Source of the DNA: Marsupella aquatica
Lineage: Eukaryota; Plantae; Marchantiophyta
Length of the DNA stretch: 64,000 nucleotides
Assembly (NCBI GenBank): GCA_973895155.1
Contig: OZ316898.1
Span: 12,237,187 to 12,301,186 of the forward strand
Direction of reading: 5' to 3'
In this document: one piece after another, positions 1 to 12,066 of the stretch
How the letters are laid out: every line of letters begins with the position of its first letter
Numbering within the stretch: the stretch's first letter is position 1
Translations under genes and position numbers: made by a program
The notes under the pieces: generated by a model
Database searches by the model: none
The model's input: only the letters and a program-made list of their open reading frames with translations
What the model was told of the DNA's origin: nothing

Positions 1-1049
1 CCAAATTGCGAGTCCCACGTCTTGAAAACGGCTGTGTTCCATTAGAATCAAGGAAGGAGACACTGGCGACACATATAAAAAGTGCGTCAACCAGCCTTTT
101 TATTCACTAGTTGTAAACTGTTGGCAAAATTTCATGAACTAATCACCTGCTGAGTAGAATAAAGCTCATTTGATTCACAGCCCTGACTCGTCTACTTGTG
201 CTGCAAATCATTTTTACACGAAAATACACTGGACCTCAAACCGGGATGCCTCCTCCATCATGCCTCGAGTCCAAATATGATCAGTGCAATTTTGCAGCTC
301 GACAACCTCTCTCTACAAGGGAGTGAGCTCATACCAGATATACACTACTTAAGCACAGCCCGAACCTATCAAATTAGACAGGATAGAATGATCAACAGGG
401 ATTATCGAGACCAGAAAAGGGTGAAATGCGTTCAGATAAGCGCTTAACCTATTATCCGTAAACTCCGGCTGCCTCCCCACACACAGAATCCTTCGTGGCC
501 GACATCAAGTTCGAAACTGTGATTCAAGAACCGTCCATAAGCTGCAGCATTTGATTTCATTCGGTGAAGCTTTAATTGTACTTGTGCACACAACCTTTCA
601 TTGGGAGTGAGACTGCACTCCAACACGTGACCAGAGCTTTCAGCACATGATATACATATTGATACTGTTGACAATTATAATGCTCCACGTTACTGACATT
701 TCCGATCAAAGCAAGACCTAGAAATGACCTTCATGTCAATAACCAATAAGAATATGGCTCTGTCGTGTTCAATTACCAGCTGAAAAGGATCTTGCACATT
801 TCTTAGACACCTCTCCGGATCTTCTACGCCTACAAGTTCTATCCCCTTGACCTACTGGGTGTACACAATGAAACGAAAGTCTATCACTATCCTCTGATTT
901 CTTCAGTAAAGACTCAACGACTTCACTTCAATGGCTTTCAAAGTACACTTATCACAAATCAGAATCAAACACACTGGTAATGGTCTAGCTCTAATGTCTG
1001 CCTATTTTTATAGGAACACTGTACCTGTCGTGAATGTCCCTGTCAAATG

Positions 1050-4000
1050 TTATAATCTTGGTTCCGGCCAATTTGGAATGTTTGCTGTTGCCTCATTAAC
1101 TGCTTTGACCAAGGTCACCTGTACTCACAAAAGTCATGCCCAAAGAAATGAGAACGATAGTACTACAACAGAAAAGGTTTAAATAAATACATCAGTAAAA
1201 ATCGAGCATGCCAACATGGAGGAAAACTAATTTGCGCCTTCAAGTTTCCGGGAGGTTCGACTAGCCATCACGTGCAAGTAATCTGTTCTAGGCACAAGAA
1301 ATTGCAACAGTGTTCCAAAGCTTCTCACGTTTGGAAGAATGTTCACTCCGGATGTTAATGAGCATTTTTTGTGGCTAATCTGAAACAAAATTTGCGCGAT
1401 TTGTGCGTTTAAGGGTGCCGAAAAACTTCAGTTTACAAAGTGAGCAGGTTCGTGAAATCCGAAAGTACTCCAAACTTACCACTGTTTCCGGAATTCCAGG
1501 AGGGGGTAAAGGGAGATTTCTGGGAGGATATTCTTCTGTAAAGGACCTCTTGTCAAACCTCCACTCCCCGATCTTCCCATACGTCAACTCACCCTACAAG
1601 AACATGATCCAGAATCCGAGCTCAGACTCAATTTGAAACAATCTATGTTTCTTAATAGGATTCGGATCACACTTTTTATTTTTCAACTTTGGATTTCTCC
1701 GCAATAGATTTAAAAGATTTGTTTTACTTGATTCATCAAAAACTTCATATTTAGTTGCGGGTCTTACAAAAGCGAAAGGTTTTTGTTTGGGAGGTATAAC
1801 CCATGGGAGGTATAAACCCTGTGTAGGTTAAAAACTATCTGTCCTGCTCACAAGAAATTCTTACTATCGTAACATCTTATGAAATGCAACATTCGTACCC
1901 AACTACGTCCTCCGGAAAAATATGGGTTCGTGGTTATACTGATAATGAATCAACGCTGACGACTTTGTTCACTTTTGTTGAGCATAATCGAGGATCAAAT
2001 GGGTTAACTCTGCCAAAACCATCTAAATGCAACTATTGTGCATACATGAATTCAAGTAACATCTTTCAACCTCAATAGTCATAGCGGGCTCCATTTACTT
2101 TCGTTTTGTTGCAAGCATGGAGGATAGGGTACCTTCAAATTGTAATCACATCCATAAGAATAGTGAATGATACAACTCTTCTTGATTTCTGTATCAAACG
2201 GAGGCTGGAAACATACGGCAATACCACAGGATAAGACGGTTGACGTGAAAACCCAAATTACCTTCAATGTGTAATCACATCCATACGTGTAGTGAATGAT
2301 GTACATGTCTTTTAATTCAAGGTCCCAAGGAGGCTGAAACCAAACAGCAGAGAAACTGTCATGAGTTATGACATTGATTCATAAACGATACAGGACGTAT
2401 ACTTCGGACAAGAACAATGAGGAACTCGGCCACCCAAAAATCCAGAAGACTTAAAGTGGAAACTTGGCGACTTCAGCTCCTTCCGTGAGCTAGTGACCTT
2501 TACCTGGAGCATGAAGTCTTTCCTCAGTACGTGCTGTACACCATGAAGGGCAGATGCTGTAGCATAGGCGTACCTGCCATAGAGTACACACCAATTTTAA
2601 CCAGCCCAATTCACCAGTTCCCTATCATTCAATGAAAAGCCCTCTGTTGTCACACTATGTATGACAAGCACAGCTTTCGCGCGTATCTGTAAAACCTAGA
2701 AAAGGCACTATTTTCAAATTTTTGGACTTACATTTCCAGCACCCAACCAAATTTCTTATCGGCTTCTGGGTCGTCTTTCATGGCTACCGCGGTATTGTGC
2801 CAGGTTGGTGCAATCTTCATCAGCTGAGACTGCACTCACCAAAGATAAAACCCAATTTCCCCGAATCAGAGCAAAACTTGCATGATGAAGTCGGGATGCC
2901 GAACGCTTGACAATACAACATGGTAAACTCTATAGTGCTAGGTAGATGAAGTTCCAGGGGGGGGCAAAAACTCCAGTAACACCTTCTTGATGATGACTGG
3001 CGAGTTGCCGATCGGGTCAATGTTGGTGATTGGGCCCTTTTCGACTGGAAAAAAATTTCGCAAAATCTCTTCATTCAGTTGGGGCTCGATGTAGAAAAAG
3101 GGAAACGCGGCAGGCAACTCATCTGTAGCCAAATTAGGCAGCGGTCGTATGAAAATGTGATCTGGTTCGGCCATCATAATATAGCTGACACATGACGGCG
3201 TTGGGGAGCTATTAGTTTCGCAGATAGGTACTGTCTGGCGCGCTTTCTACTGCCGACCCAGGTAAGCAAGCTAAAATAGGGGTCACTTCTCCAACGATGA
3301 GATGAAATCAGTAGTGACTTCAGAGATTGACAAATAAGCGATTCTGTCATTTCTTGAAAGAATCCAAAGAGCTGACTACCATGAGTTATTATTTCAAACA
3401 CTCACTCTTCTTCAATGGTCGCCTGTTCTAGCCACTGAACAAACGCCCACGGACGGTTCAAAACGACATATCCCTGCACATTCAACCGTCCACTTGTCTC
3501 AGTTAGGTATGGGTCTTCACTGTAATAGAACGTAATGCGCACCGTAATGTCATTCTCTACGGGTCTATCAAGCTGGCAGTTGCAGGCAAAGTGAGGATAT
3601 CCTGATTTCTTTAATTTCCAACGCCACCTGAGAAGGTGAAGAAACACAAGACTGATCCACAATGCAACAGGAGAGAGAAGAAACCCCAGAATGATACTTT
3701 AGAAATTGCTGTGGAGCGAATTTGCAAGCACGAACGAACTAGCAGATAAACTGTCTATCCTAAATGCCCGGAAAAGGCTCTTTCTAGAGCAAACATTCTC
3801 AGCCGTTGCGGAAAAAAGGAGCCACACACCCGATCTTCGCCCGGAGGCAGAGGCTTCACTATGAATGTGGGAATTTCATCCATCACGTCGTCGGGTGTGC
3901 CTGAGTGCAAGAGCCGGGTGAACCCGCCCATTTCGGAGTCCGGATGATCCTTGAATTTCTTGTACCAGTAGTACATAATCCGGCACTGCCACCGGTTATA

Positions 4001-4267
4001 CTTGGACTCATTGGCCGTGACGACGACGTGAAACAGCCTCTTTTTCGGCGGCCCCTGCTGCGACCCCTTGAAATCGCGCGGCATTTTCACTAGAGGATCG
4101 AAATACTTTCCGGAATTCTCGTCATCTAGCACAGCCCTAGAAAGAACACCGCGACCAGAGAAGTTCAACTTCGTCCTGTACGCGACGATCATCGTAGCCG
4201 TGTTGTACGTAGCCACACAGAGCGCAAATGTGACCGCCAGCAAAAAAATGAAAGTCGTCCGCCTCAT
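1050..4267 (-). CDS. HPAT: Hydroxyproline O-arabinosyltransferase (HPAT/RDN1 family), about 376 aa. Exons: 4267-3830, 3473-3406, 3184-2983, 2829-2732, 2573-2504, [2333-2262 or 2204-2133], 1593-1480, 1118-1050
   Basis: N-terminal TM anchor, then family motifs WQCRIMYYWYKK, MGGFTRLLHSG, GYVVLNRPWAFVQWL, MAEPDHIF, IGNSPVII, FGWVLEMYAYA, HYTYGCDY and GEWRFDKRS. All junctions are GT-AG with matching phases, and the ORF ends ANIPNWPEPRL*. Confidence 0.95.
2133..2204 (-). other. HPAT exon 6b, tandem paralogous exon (PPFDTEIKKSCIIHYSYGCDYNLK)
   Basis: 72 nt, phase 0/0, flanked by ttccag| and |gtaccc; 16/24 aa identical to exon 6a; no stop or indel. Confidence 0.85.
2262..2333 (-). other. HPAT exon 6a (PPWDLELKDMYIIHYTYGCDYTLK)
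   Basis: 72 nt, phase 0/0, flanked by tttcag| and |gtaatt. Confidence 0.9.
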
Positions 4268-4744
4268 TGTGTGACGCTCCTTCTCCGCTTCCTCTACGCA
4301 TTCAGTCACTCACGCTTCCCACTTCCCGCTTCCCTTGCCCTCGAAAGCCTCATATGCCCTGCCCACTCAACTCTCTCGACCTACTCACTTCCTCTCACCG
4401 ACATTTCAATTATCTTATCGACCCGAATCCTTCTCCGAGGCCTCTTTGAGCATCCATTTCCTGAGCCTCCGCCGGACATGAAATCTGGTTCTCGCTCGTC
4501 CTGTTCATGGATGGATTCGATTCCGCTTGCTCGCCTGCCGATTGTGCTCCGGCTGTGTGCTTGTCTTAAAGCGTGTCTGGCTCAATTCGCCACTGCTGCT
4601 TCAGAGCCTCCGAGAATCGCACTTCGCCATTCCTTCGTAGTCAGTCACATCTTACTTTCACAATCGTTCGTAGTCAGTCCTTCCATAGCCACCGCTTCAC
4701 GGACTAGAGTAGACTAGACGAGACTAGACTAGACTTGACAAGAC

Positions 4745-4910
4745 CTGACTAGAAAGAAATCTGAAAAAGATTTTCCGATTCGTTGGCACCACTGGTTCAC
4801 GCCTAGACAGGAAAGAAATCTGCCTTTCACAGTCGTTGGCACCAATGCTTCACCGCACCGACTTGACTAGAAAGAAATCTGACTTTCATTTCATAGTCGT
4901 TGTCACATTC
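4745..4910. repeat. Three degenerate ~60-bp repeats (ctagaaagaaatctg...cgttggcacc) upstream of HPAT
   Basis: Motif recurs near 4748, 4803 and 4866. Confidence 0.55.
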
Positions 4911-5149
4911 GTTGGGCAGTCACTCTGCTTGCTTCAAAGCCTAGAATTGGGTTTTTCACATTGGAAGTGAGACAGAATGTGGTTGCTTCGCAATTCAGCT
5001 GCAGTACTGTGGAATTCACTGGAGTACTGTACTGTAGTCCTGTGGGACCATCGTTGCATCTAGTCTAGTGTGGGACCACATTACCACACGTTGCAACCAC
5101 AATTGTTCCGTGCGAGTGAATAAATAATGGATACGGTTGAGGACATTAC

Positions 5150-6000
5150 GGGGGCTACTGTAGTCATTATGCTATATTTTGGAGTGACTAAACTTAGGGG
5201 CACTTTACAAGACGTCGGGGGCAGTTCGCTTCCTTTTCTACCAAACTGAGCCAGCAGCAGTTTCACATGCTAAAAATAGTATACCGGGGCTAATAGAGAA
5301 TTTAGAAGACTTTTATTGCCCCCCCACGTCTTGTAAAGGGAACTCTGGCCAGTGTAGCTAGAATCATTGACTAGAAGACAAACTTGGGACCCACTAATGC
5401 TGGCTAATCTTTGGCTAATGCTGGCTAATCTTTGGCTAATGCTGGTTCCTGTGGGTCCGCATTTATTGAAAACTGCCCATAATAGGAATGGACCAAGCGG
5501 CCGGATGAAGGGACCTCCAACGGAGGTGGTCTAAAATTCTGGACAAAAAAGAGCTCCATGTCGGCAAAAGTTGGGCCCCACTGAAGTCCATGTAGGATCG
5601 GCAGAATCAATGAGCAAAACTGCCCCCGACGTTTTCTAAAGTGAACTCCAGCACTATCTCCCCAATGGATGGCCCGGATTGGATCTTGGATGTCAGAAAA
5701 GTGAAGGAACTGCCCCCGACGTCTTGTAAAGCCACCCTTATATGGTTAAGGATGGGGGCCAGTCATTATGCTATTATCTGGAGTGACTAAACTTATATGG
5801 TTAAGGATGGGGGCTAGGCATTATGCTATTATCTAGGCTGACTAAACTTACTTGGTTCAGGATTGGGACTAGTCATTATGCTATTATCTGGACTGCCTAA
5901 ACTTACTTGGTTAAGGATGGGAGCTAGTCATATCCTATTATCTGGAGTGACTAAAGTTATATGGTTAAGGATGGGGGTTAGTCATTATGCTATATTTTGG
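5150..6000. repeat. ~55-bp tandem repeat array (tatggttaaggatgggggctagtcattatgctattatctggagtgactaaactta) interrupted by a MITE
   Basis: Units start at 5741, 5796, ~5850, ~5905 and ~5960, with a partial unit left of 5196. Confidence 0.85.
5197..5737. mobile_element. Tourist-like (PIF/Harbinger) MITE, 541 bp
   Basis: ~30-bp TIRs (ggggcactttacaagacgtcgggggcagtt / aactgcccccgacgtcttgtaaagccaccc). TTA TSD at 5194-5196 and 5738-5740. The neighbouring tandem units show the empty site. Confidence 0.9.
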
Positions 6001-7029
6001 TTGCTTGTATGTCGACCTGTGTAGGCACGGAGAGTAAGGGAGACTGGATGTAGCGTAATGGCTGGGAAACATCCTTAGCCGTATGCCAACCAGACTAGAC
6101 TAGGGGAGACCAAGTCTACTTCTATAATATGTGATCACACCAAAAACAACATTGGTGACCTGCTTACAAACTTAAGTGGAGGGAATAAAATTTAGTCATC
6201 AGAAATATTCTGGACCTTTTCTATTCAACGTAATTGTATTGTGTGCGGGTGCCCAAAGAATGTCTATTATCTTGGGAGGGAGCTATGTATCATAGGCTAA
6301 TAGGGGATGTGGTGCATTTGCAACTTATATCATACAATAATAAATAAATGTATGAAAATGTGATTATACATGTGATACCCATACCTACATGCTATACCTT
6401 ACCATAGTGGACACGCATACATAAAAGCATGGGTGAGAGCTTTATGATGGGGAGAAGAGATGTATTTTGATAAATTTAAGTTCATTTTATATTCACTTTG
6501 TTGTCCTATTTACGGACCCCCATTAGGGGTCTTTTGCAAAATTCCTGGCTCCACAGCGCGCCACATCATCATGGCACGCTGCAAACAGGAAGAGACTTGT
6601 TTTTGAATAAAATTAACTTCTGCATTCGTGTTTGTGGCAAGTTTTCTGTAAAAACTGGGACGCCATGCCGTAAAAAAGAATGTAAGAAAAACTGACATGC
6701 AAATCAAAAGACAAAAAAGTTGAGGTAAAACTGCTCCCAATAACTACTTTATTTACATTTTGATTTTATTCAAAACATAAAATATTCTCGGTAGCAATTT
6801 TTGATTTGACATTGCTGAGTCAAATCATAATGAAAACTCACGTATAATATGGCGTTAGAAATATCTTGAAGAGACGATCGTGATGAGCTCAGCATTGTCA
6901 TCATTCGGTAAGAATTGAGTAAGTAATTTGAAACATAAAATTTACCCGTGATTTCATAATCTCTAACGTGAATATAAATCTTTGTTGTACAATCCTTGAC
7001 ATGTTGACCCCTGCCATGAGATTGAACCT

Positions 7030-7250
7030 AAAATTGACAGATTTTATTGAGTACTAAGGAAATGTGAATTTTAAAATTCTATAGCTTTTTAATGAACTTA
7101 ACATTGATAGATTTAGTTGAGTTATGAGGAGATTATAAGTTTCCAATGTTCTTTAGCTTTCCAATGAGTGTAACATTGGGAGATTTTATCAAGTACTAAA
7201 GTGGTCATGAGTTTCTAAATTTCTCTAGCTTTCTATCGATTCCAATTCCA
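7030..7250 (-). pseudogene. Possible decayed LRR-coding remnant
   Basis: Three ~70-72-bp repeats; the minus strand reads NLSMLSSLK / LPMLHSLE-like, with frameshifts and stops. Confidence 0.25.
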
Positions 7251-8619
7251 CAATTGGAGATTTGCTTCCATGAAACTTTTTGTCTTAAATGATTATGCGA
7301 GTGATTATGCAAAGTTAATGATTTGATGACATCGATGACTTCTCTCTCTTCATCTATCTGCGTGTAGGAATTGAAAGTGATTACTTTTGATGCAACTTGA
7401 GTGCATCCAGCATCCCGTCGGTACTGTGGAAGAAACCGTCGAGCATCGTTTTGCTGAAGTGGGCAATTAAGCTACCCACACATTAAAAAATAGTTCACAT
7501 TGCAACTGGTTTTACAAATGATGTTAATTATGGTTGCCTTGGTGAGTTTGCCAACTGTTTCAAGTGTCAAACATTGACTTGTCCATTTTTGAAATTTTTC
7601 TTTAGATTTGGAGGTCCATCTAGGCTCCAGTTTCTAGATAAGTGCCTCTAAAATAACATGGGGGTCCACAGATTAATTTTTATTAGTGTTAGAAGAACAG
7701 GGGTGATTTTGTTTTATGTTTTTCTGTTAGGTTTTTGTTTAAATTTATGGGGCCAAGTAGAACCCTTGCCCTCCTCCCACCTTTCCTGTTTCGTAAGCTG
7801 AGGCGAGGAAGGCACATTGTTGTGGCAAGGTGGTCAAACCTTGAGCAATGATTATTTTTAGTCTTCATTTAAACTTTACTTATCCTTGTCTCCCAGTTTA
7901 TTTTCTTTGCGTCACTCAACATATTTTTTGTTTTCATAGAATTACCTTTTTGCTTAAATAATAGATTTTTACCTTCCCCATGGGATTAGTTTTCCTTGCA
8001 AGTTTTCCTTGCAACCAATTGGCAGCCGACGCTTTTATGCCCACAATCTTTTTAAGTCAACCAAAAACATCAACAATACCTTGCACCCCATTTTGGTGGT
8101 GATTTTCTTTCCTGAGGAGGGAAAGTGGGAGAAGTGGGAGACAGTGGAATTGACACGAGGACTAGTATGGGAAAAGGGAACAGAACAAGGGGTATGATTT
8201 CATAGTCTGCCCATCTCTTTGCTTGCACCTTGTGCCCATTTACTTCCCTTATGCCTTGCCCACTGCCTCCTTCAAGTGGGGAGGGAGTGGAGAGAAGGGG
8301 GAAGGAGAGAAATGGGAGGAAGAGGAGGAAAAAAGTGTTGCATGACCCTACTTGGACCCAGAGTCAGCGTCCTGTCTTGCATAGATATTTTTTACCTTGC
8401 CTCCATGACGTTTCTTTTTCTCAATGACTTTCTCCAAGACATCTTTTACGCATCCACATCATTTGTGCAATGACATTTTTTCACATGGACATATTTTATT
8501 TAACAACATTTTTTATATAACTACATCTGTATGCAACAACAACATCTTTTCCCCAATGACATCTAACTTCTTTGCAACACACAGGTAGTGAACAACCGCA
8601 ATGACTATATGCCCAGGAT

Positions 8620-8990
8620 GACATGTAACATGCCTCAGCAACTACATTACAAGATCTATGTTTTCTAGCCTCATCTTGACATATTTTCTTGTCTCAAGTG
8701 ACATATTTTCTTGTCTCAAGTGACATATTTTTTTCATCTTGATATATTTTTCTCTCCTCAACATCATTTACTCCTTTCAACATAAGTTTCTCACCTTCGG
8801 ATCTTTTTCTTACCTCAACATCCCTTTTCTCCTTAACACCTTTTCTCATCTCGACATCTTTCCTCATCCCAACATCATTTTCTCTCCTTGACATCTTTTT
8901 CTTTCCTCAAACATATTTCTTCCCACCTCAACATTTTCTCTCACATCGACATCTTGACATCTTCTGTGCAATGCACGGACATTGGGCTAG
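8620..8990 (+). mobile_element. Non-autonomous Helitron 3' portion, copy A (5' end unresolved)
   Basis: CT-rich ttgacatctttt units ending in hairpin gtgcaatgcac followed by ...gggCTAG|T. Confidence 0.75.
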
Positions 8991-9815
8991 TGTAGCATAA
9001 TGGCTAGGAGATGTCCTTAGCTGTACATTAAGATTGTGTTCTCAAGATTGTGTTTTCAATTTTTAGTTGCCAGACCGGGGGCAAGAGTTGTGCAACATTG
9101 ATAAAACAGTGTTACAAGTTGATTGACCAGAGTATTACCCTCAACTCTAAGTACTACAGGGACACTCTGCAAGAAGAAGTTCCACCACATATAATAAAGG
9201 ATGTTGTGAGTTCTGACTAAACACTTGCTTGAATGCGTCTGGCCCGTCTTCACTCACCCTAAAGCTATCCCTTGGAGAAAATGATACTGTGTGAAGACTG
9301 TGTAGAAATATGGTCTCTAACCTATGAAATATCAATGATGAGAGCCAAAGTTGCTTACGTAGCAGCAAAGCCCTCCTCTCCATCCATACAACACACCACC
9401 CCGGCTTTGCAAAACATGGATCAAGGTCCCCGTAGGTGCTACTACTTCCTCCTTCCCTTGGAAAGCTGAGACCTCTTGCAGTACGGACATCTGTGTGGCC
9501 TCCAAACTCCCGTATTCTCAAAAAAATGCAATCCATTGTATCTCCTCCATCTTAGCTCCATTTTGGCCGTGTGACATGTCGTTGGATTCAGCTGGGCGAC
9601 CTCTTTCCAACAAGCCCGTAAACTCTTGATTTTGAGATGGTAAAAAATCTAATGTTTGTACAACCAAGGTCCGTACATACGAGTGAGAAACGAGACAAAG
9701 TGAAAGAAGAAAGTGTGAGGGCCTCGAAGTGAGGAAGGACAATGTGGGAAACTACGGGTGAGGAAGGGAAATATGGGAGAGTACGGGTGAAAAAGGAAAA
9801 TGTGGGAAACCCTTT

Positions 9816-9925
9816 CCACGGAGTGCCCCTCTACGGAGTGGTCCTTCTACGGAGTGCCCTTCTACGAAGTGACCATTCTACGGAGTGGTCCTTCTATGGA
9901 GTGCCCTTCTATGGAGTGGTCCTTT
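9816..9925. repeat. Short tandem repeat (ctacggagtggtcctt/ctacggagtgccc variants)
   Basis: About 7 near-identical short units directly visible. Confidence 0.8.
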
Positions 9926-9957
9926 ACTGAGTGGGGAAGGGAAAGAGAGCAAAACCA

Positions 9958-10544
9958 TGTGAGGACCACACAAAGGGTGAAGGGGAACACAAGTGTGGGA
10001 ACCCCTTCCTTAAGGGCCCTCTCACCATCACTACTCCAAGATTGTCTAGTTTTGTTGTTTTACGGGCGTTGAGGTCCCTCAAGATATCACTATTTGATAT
10101 AGACCTAAAATCAACTAGGAAAGCTCAGTTTTGAATGGGGCTCATTGAGGGCTTCAAAATGAATCCAAACATGACCATGTTTGGAATAGTACTAGTGTAG
10201 CAACGTTTATTTCAAGTTTCAACATTTTCTATATTTTGGTCATTATTCCCGTTTTGCGCCTTTTGTGGAGCCTCCGGCCAACCCCCACCCCTCCGAGATG
10301 CCCACACCTTGGCCTTCAAGTCCTTGGGATGCCTTGTGGCCTCCTTGTATCCCCTCAATGGCTCCATTGTCATCCATCACCGCCCGACACCCCTCTCAAC
10401 TCCGGCCTCCGGTTGTCGCATCAATTTAGAAAAAATAAAAAATTTGAAAATCCAAACACTCTTGCTACACCTACTTGTCTTTCTACTTATATACGCAATT
10501 ATAAGTCATCACTAAGTTACTACCGGGTTTGGGGCCCTGTCACA
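9958..10544. mobile_element. LTR-like segment
   Basis: TGTGA...TCACA termini with an adjacent purine tract / TGG on the left; no TSD, so orientation is ambiguous. Confidence 0.35.
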
Positions 10545-12066
10545 CATCCTTGTAAAGCCAACATTACATCAAGTTGGTAAGTGTAGGCTAAGAGCAAGTT
10601 TTCATGCACCAGGGTGAGGAGTACTCACATTCCCTCTCCCATTCTCCTCTCCCATCCCTTGGTGCCCACGTATGGTCCTTAATTTCAATAGATTCCTGAG
10701 AAAATTCAGGATCTAGATTGACAAACAGTCCTTCGCCCATAGGATGCCCTGCGTACTGCTGGAAACTTAGGGAACATGATGCCAATACATGATGTAATCT
10801 TACTATAAAAAACCCAAAATTAAGCCTACTCTTAAGGGCCTAAGTCTAGAATGAAGCCCCTAGACCATAACTCGTGATAGAGACAGAACTGAAAATGAGT
10901 CTCAATAAAGACAAAACTTAAAATGAGTATGGACAAAAGTGACATTGACAGTAAATAAAGACAATATTGAAATGAGGGTGAACAAAAAGCAAAGATGGGG
11001 CATAGAAATTTTATTGTGCAATATTTTTTTTTTCATATCTATTTAAGTTCAAGGAATGGGTAATTGGGCTAGTGTGTCTTAATTCTCATTGGTTAATGTA
11101 AGGGGACAATAGGGCTTAGAAAGTTAAACTTAGAGAATATTTGGCAGGTGATTGTATCAAACTCCTTATTGGTTGTATTGGCCTTACTTCCTATTTCCTT
11201 CTATAAATCATGAGTTTCACATTAAATGTTTGTCGCGTTGCACTTGTTCCATTAGTCGGTAGTTGCAGGTAGCTGGTAATTGCCCGCAAGCTGAAACTAA
11301 ATACCTAAAGAAGCTGCTTATGAGCATTGTGCAGTCCATGGGCTACTGGTAGTGCGCAAGAGTTGGGACACTCAGGTGTTGGGTTCAGAACTCACCGTGA
11401 ACTTTTTAACACATACCCGCCCCAAAAGTGGGGTTTAGACACCTCTTGTTACACTCAGAAGTTCTTTTGATTCAAGGAGAGTACACACATAAACCCCCAA
11501 AAGCGGGGCTTAAACACCTCTAGTAACACACAAACTTTTTTTGACTCCAGATGGGAACGGGTTGTTCAAGTTTCTGGTCAATAATCACTATAATCCAAAG
11601 GAGCTACAGAATAGTCTTAAATGCTGAACATGTTACTAGTAGAAGTGAATTATTTCCTCACCTTTTAATCTTAATTTGTCAGGCAATTAATTGCTTTATT
11701 AATATTTTTTCATGGATCTTTAATTGGTCCATTTTCTGTTAAGTTCCCTAATTGGTCAATGAAGAAGTGCTCGCTTCATTGAAGTAACATACAAGGCCCC
11801 TTTTTATTACCCGGCCTTGCGCGCCAGGACTAACATTATTTAATTATATATAGATAGATAATGTATATAGAGGCTAGAGCATAGATTTAGCAAGCAAGTG
11901 ATGATGTACTTAGTTATTTGCTGCATGGTCTCAAGAGGGATATGCTTAATAGGCCCCTTCCTGGAGATACTTTACTTGATGAGCCCCCTCGATACTTTTT
12001 TTCCCCAATCAGATATCAACCCCTCATTATGACCCGTACCCTTTTCCCTTGTGCAGTATATGATAA

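Noticed and set aside
5741-6000. Regular repeats as a CRISPR-like array (also 52060-52270 and 56945-57710)
   Set aside because: No unique spacers, eukaryotic context and no cas genes; these are tandem repeats
11330-11410. tRNA/SINE-like segment with A-box and B-box-like motifs
   Set aside because: No convincing cloverleaf, TSD or tail; too degenerate to call
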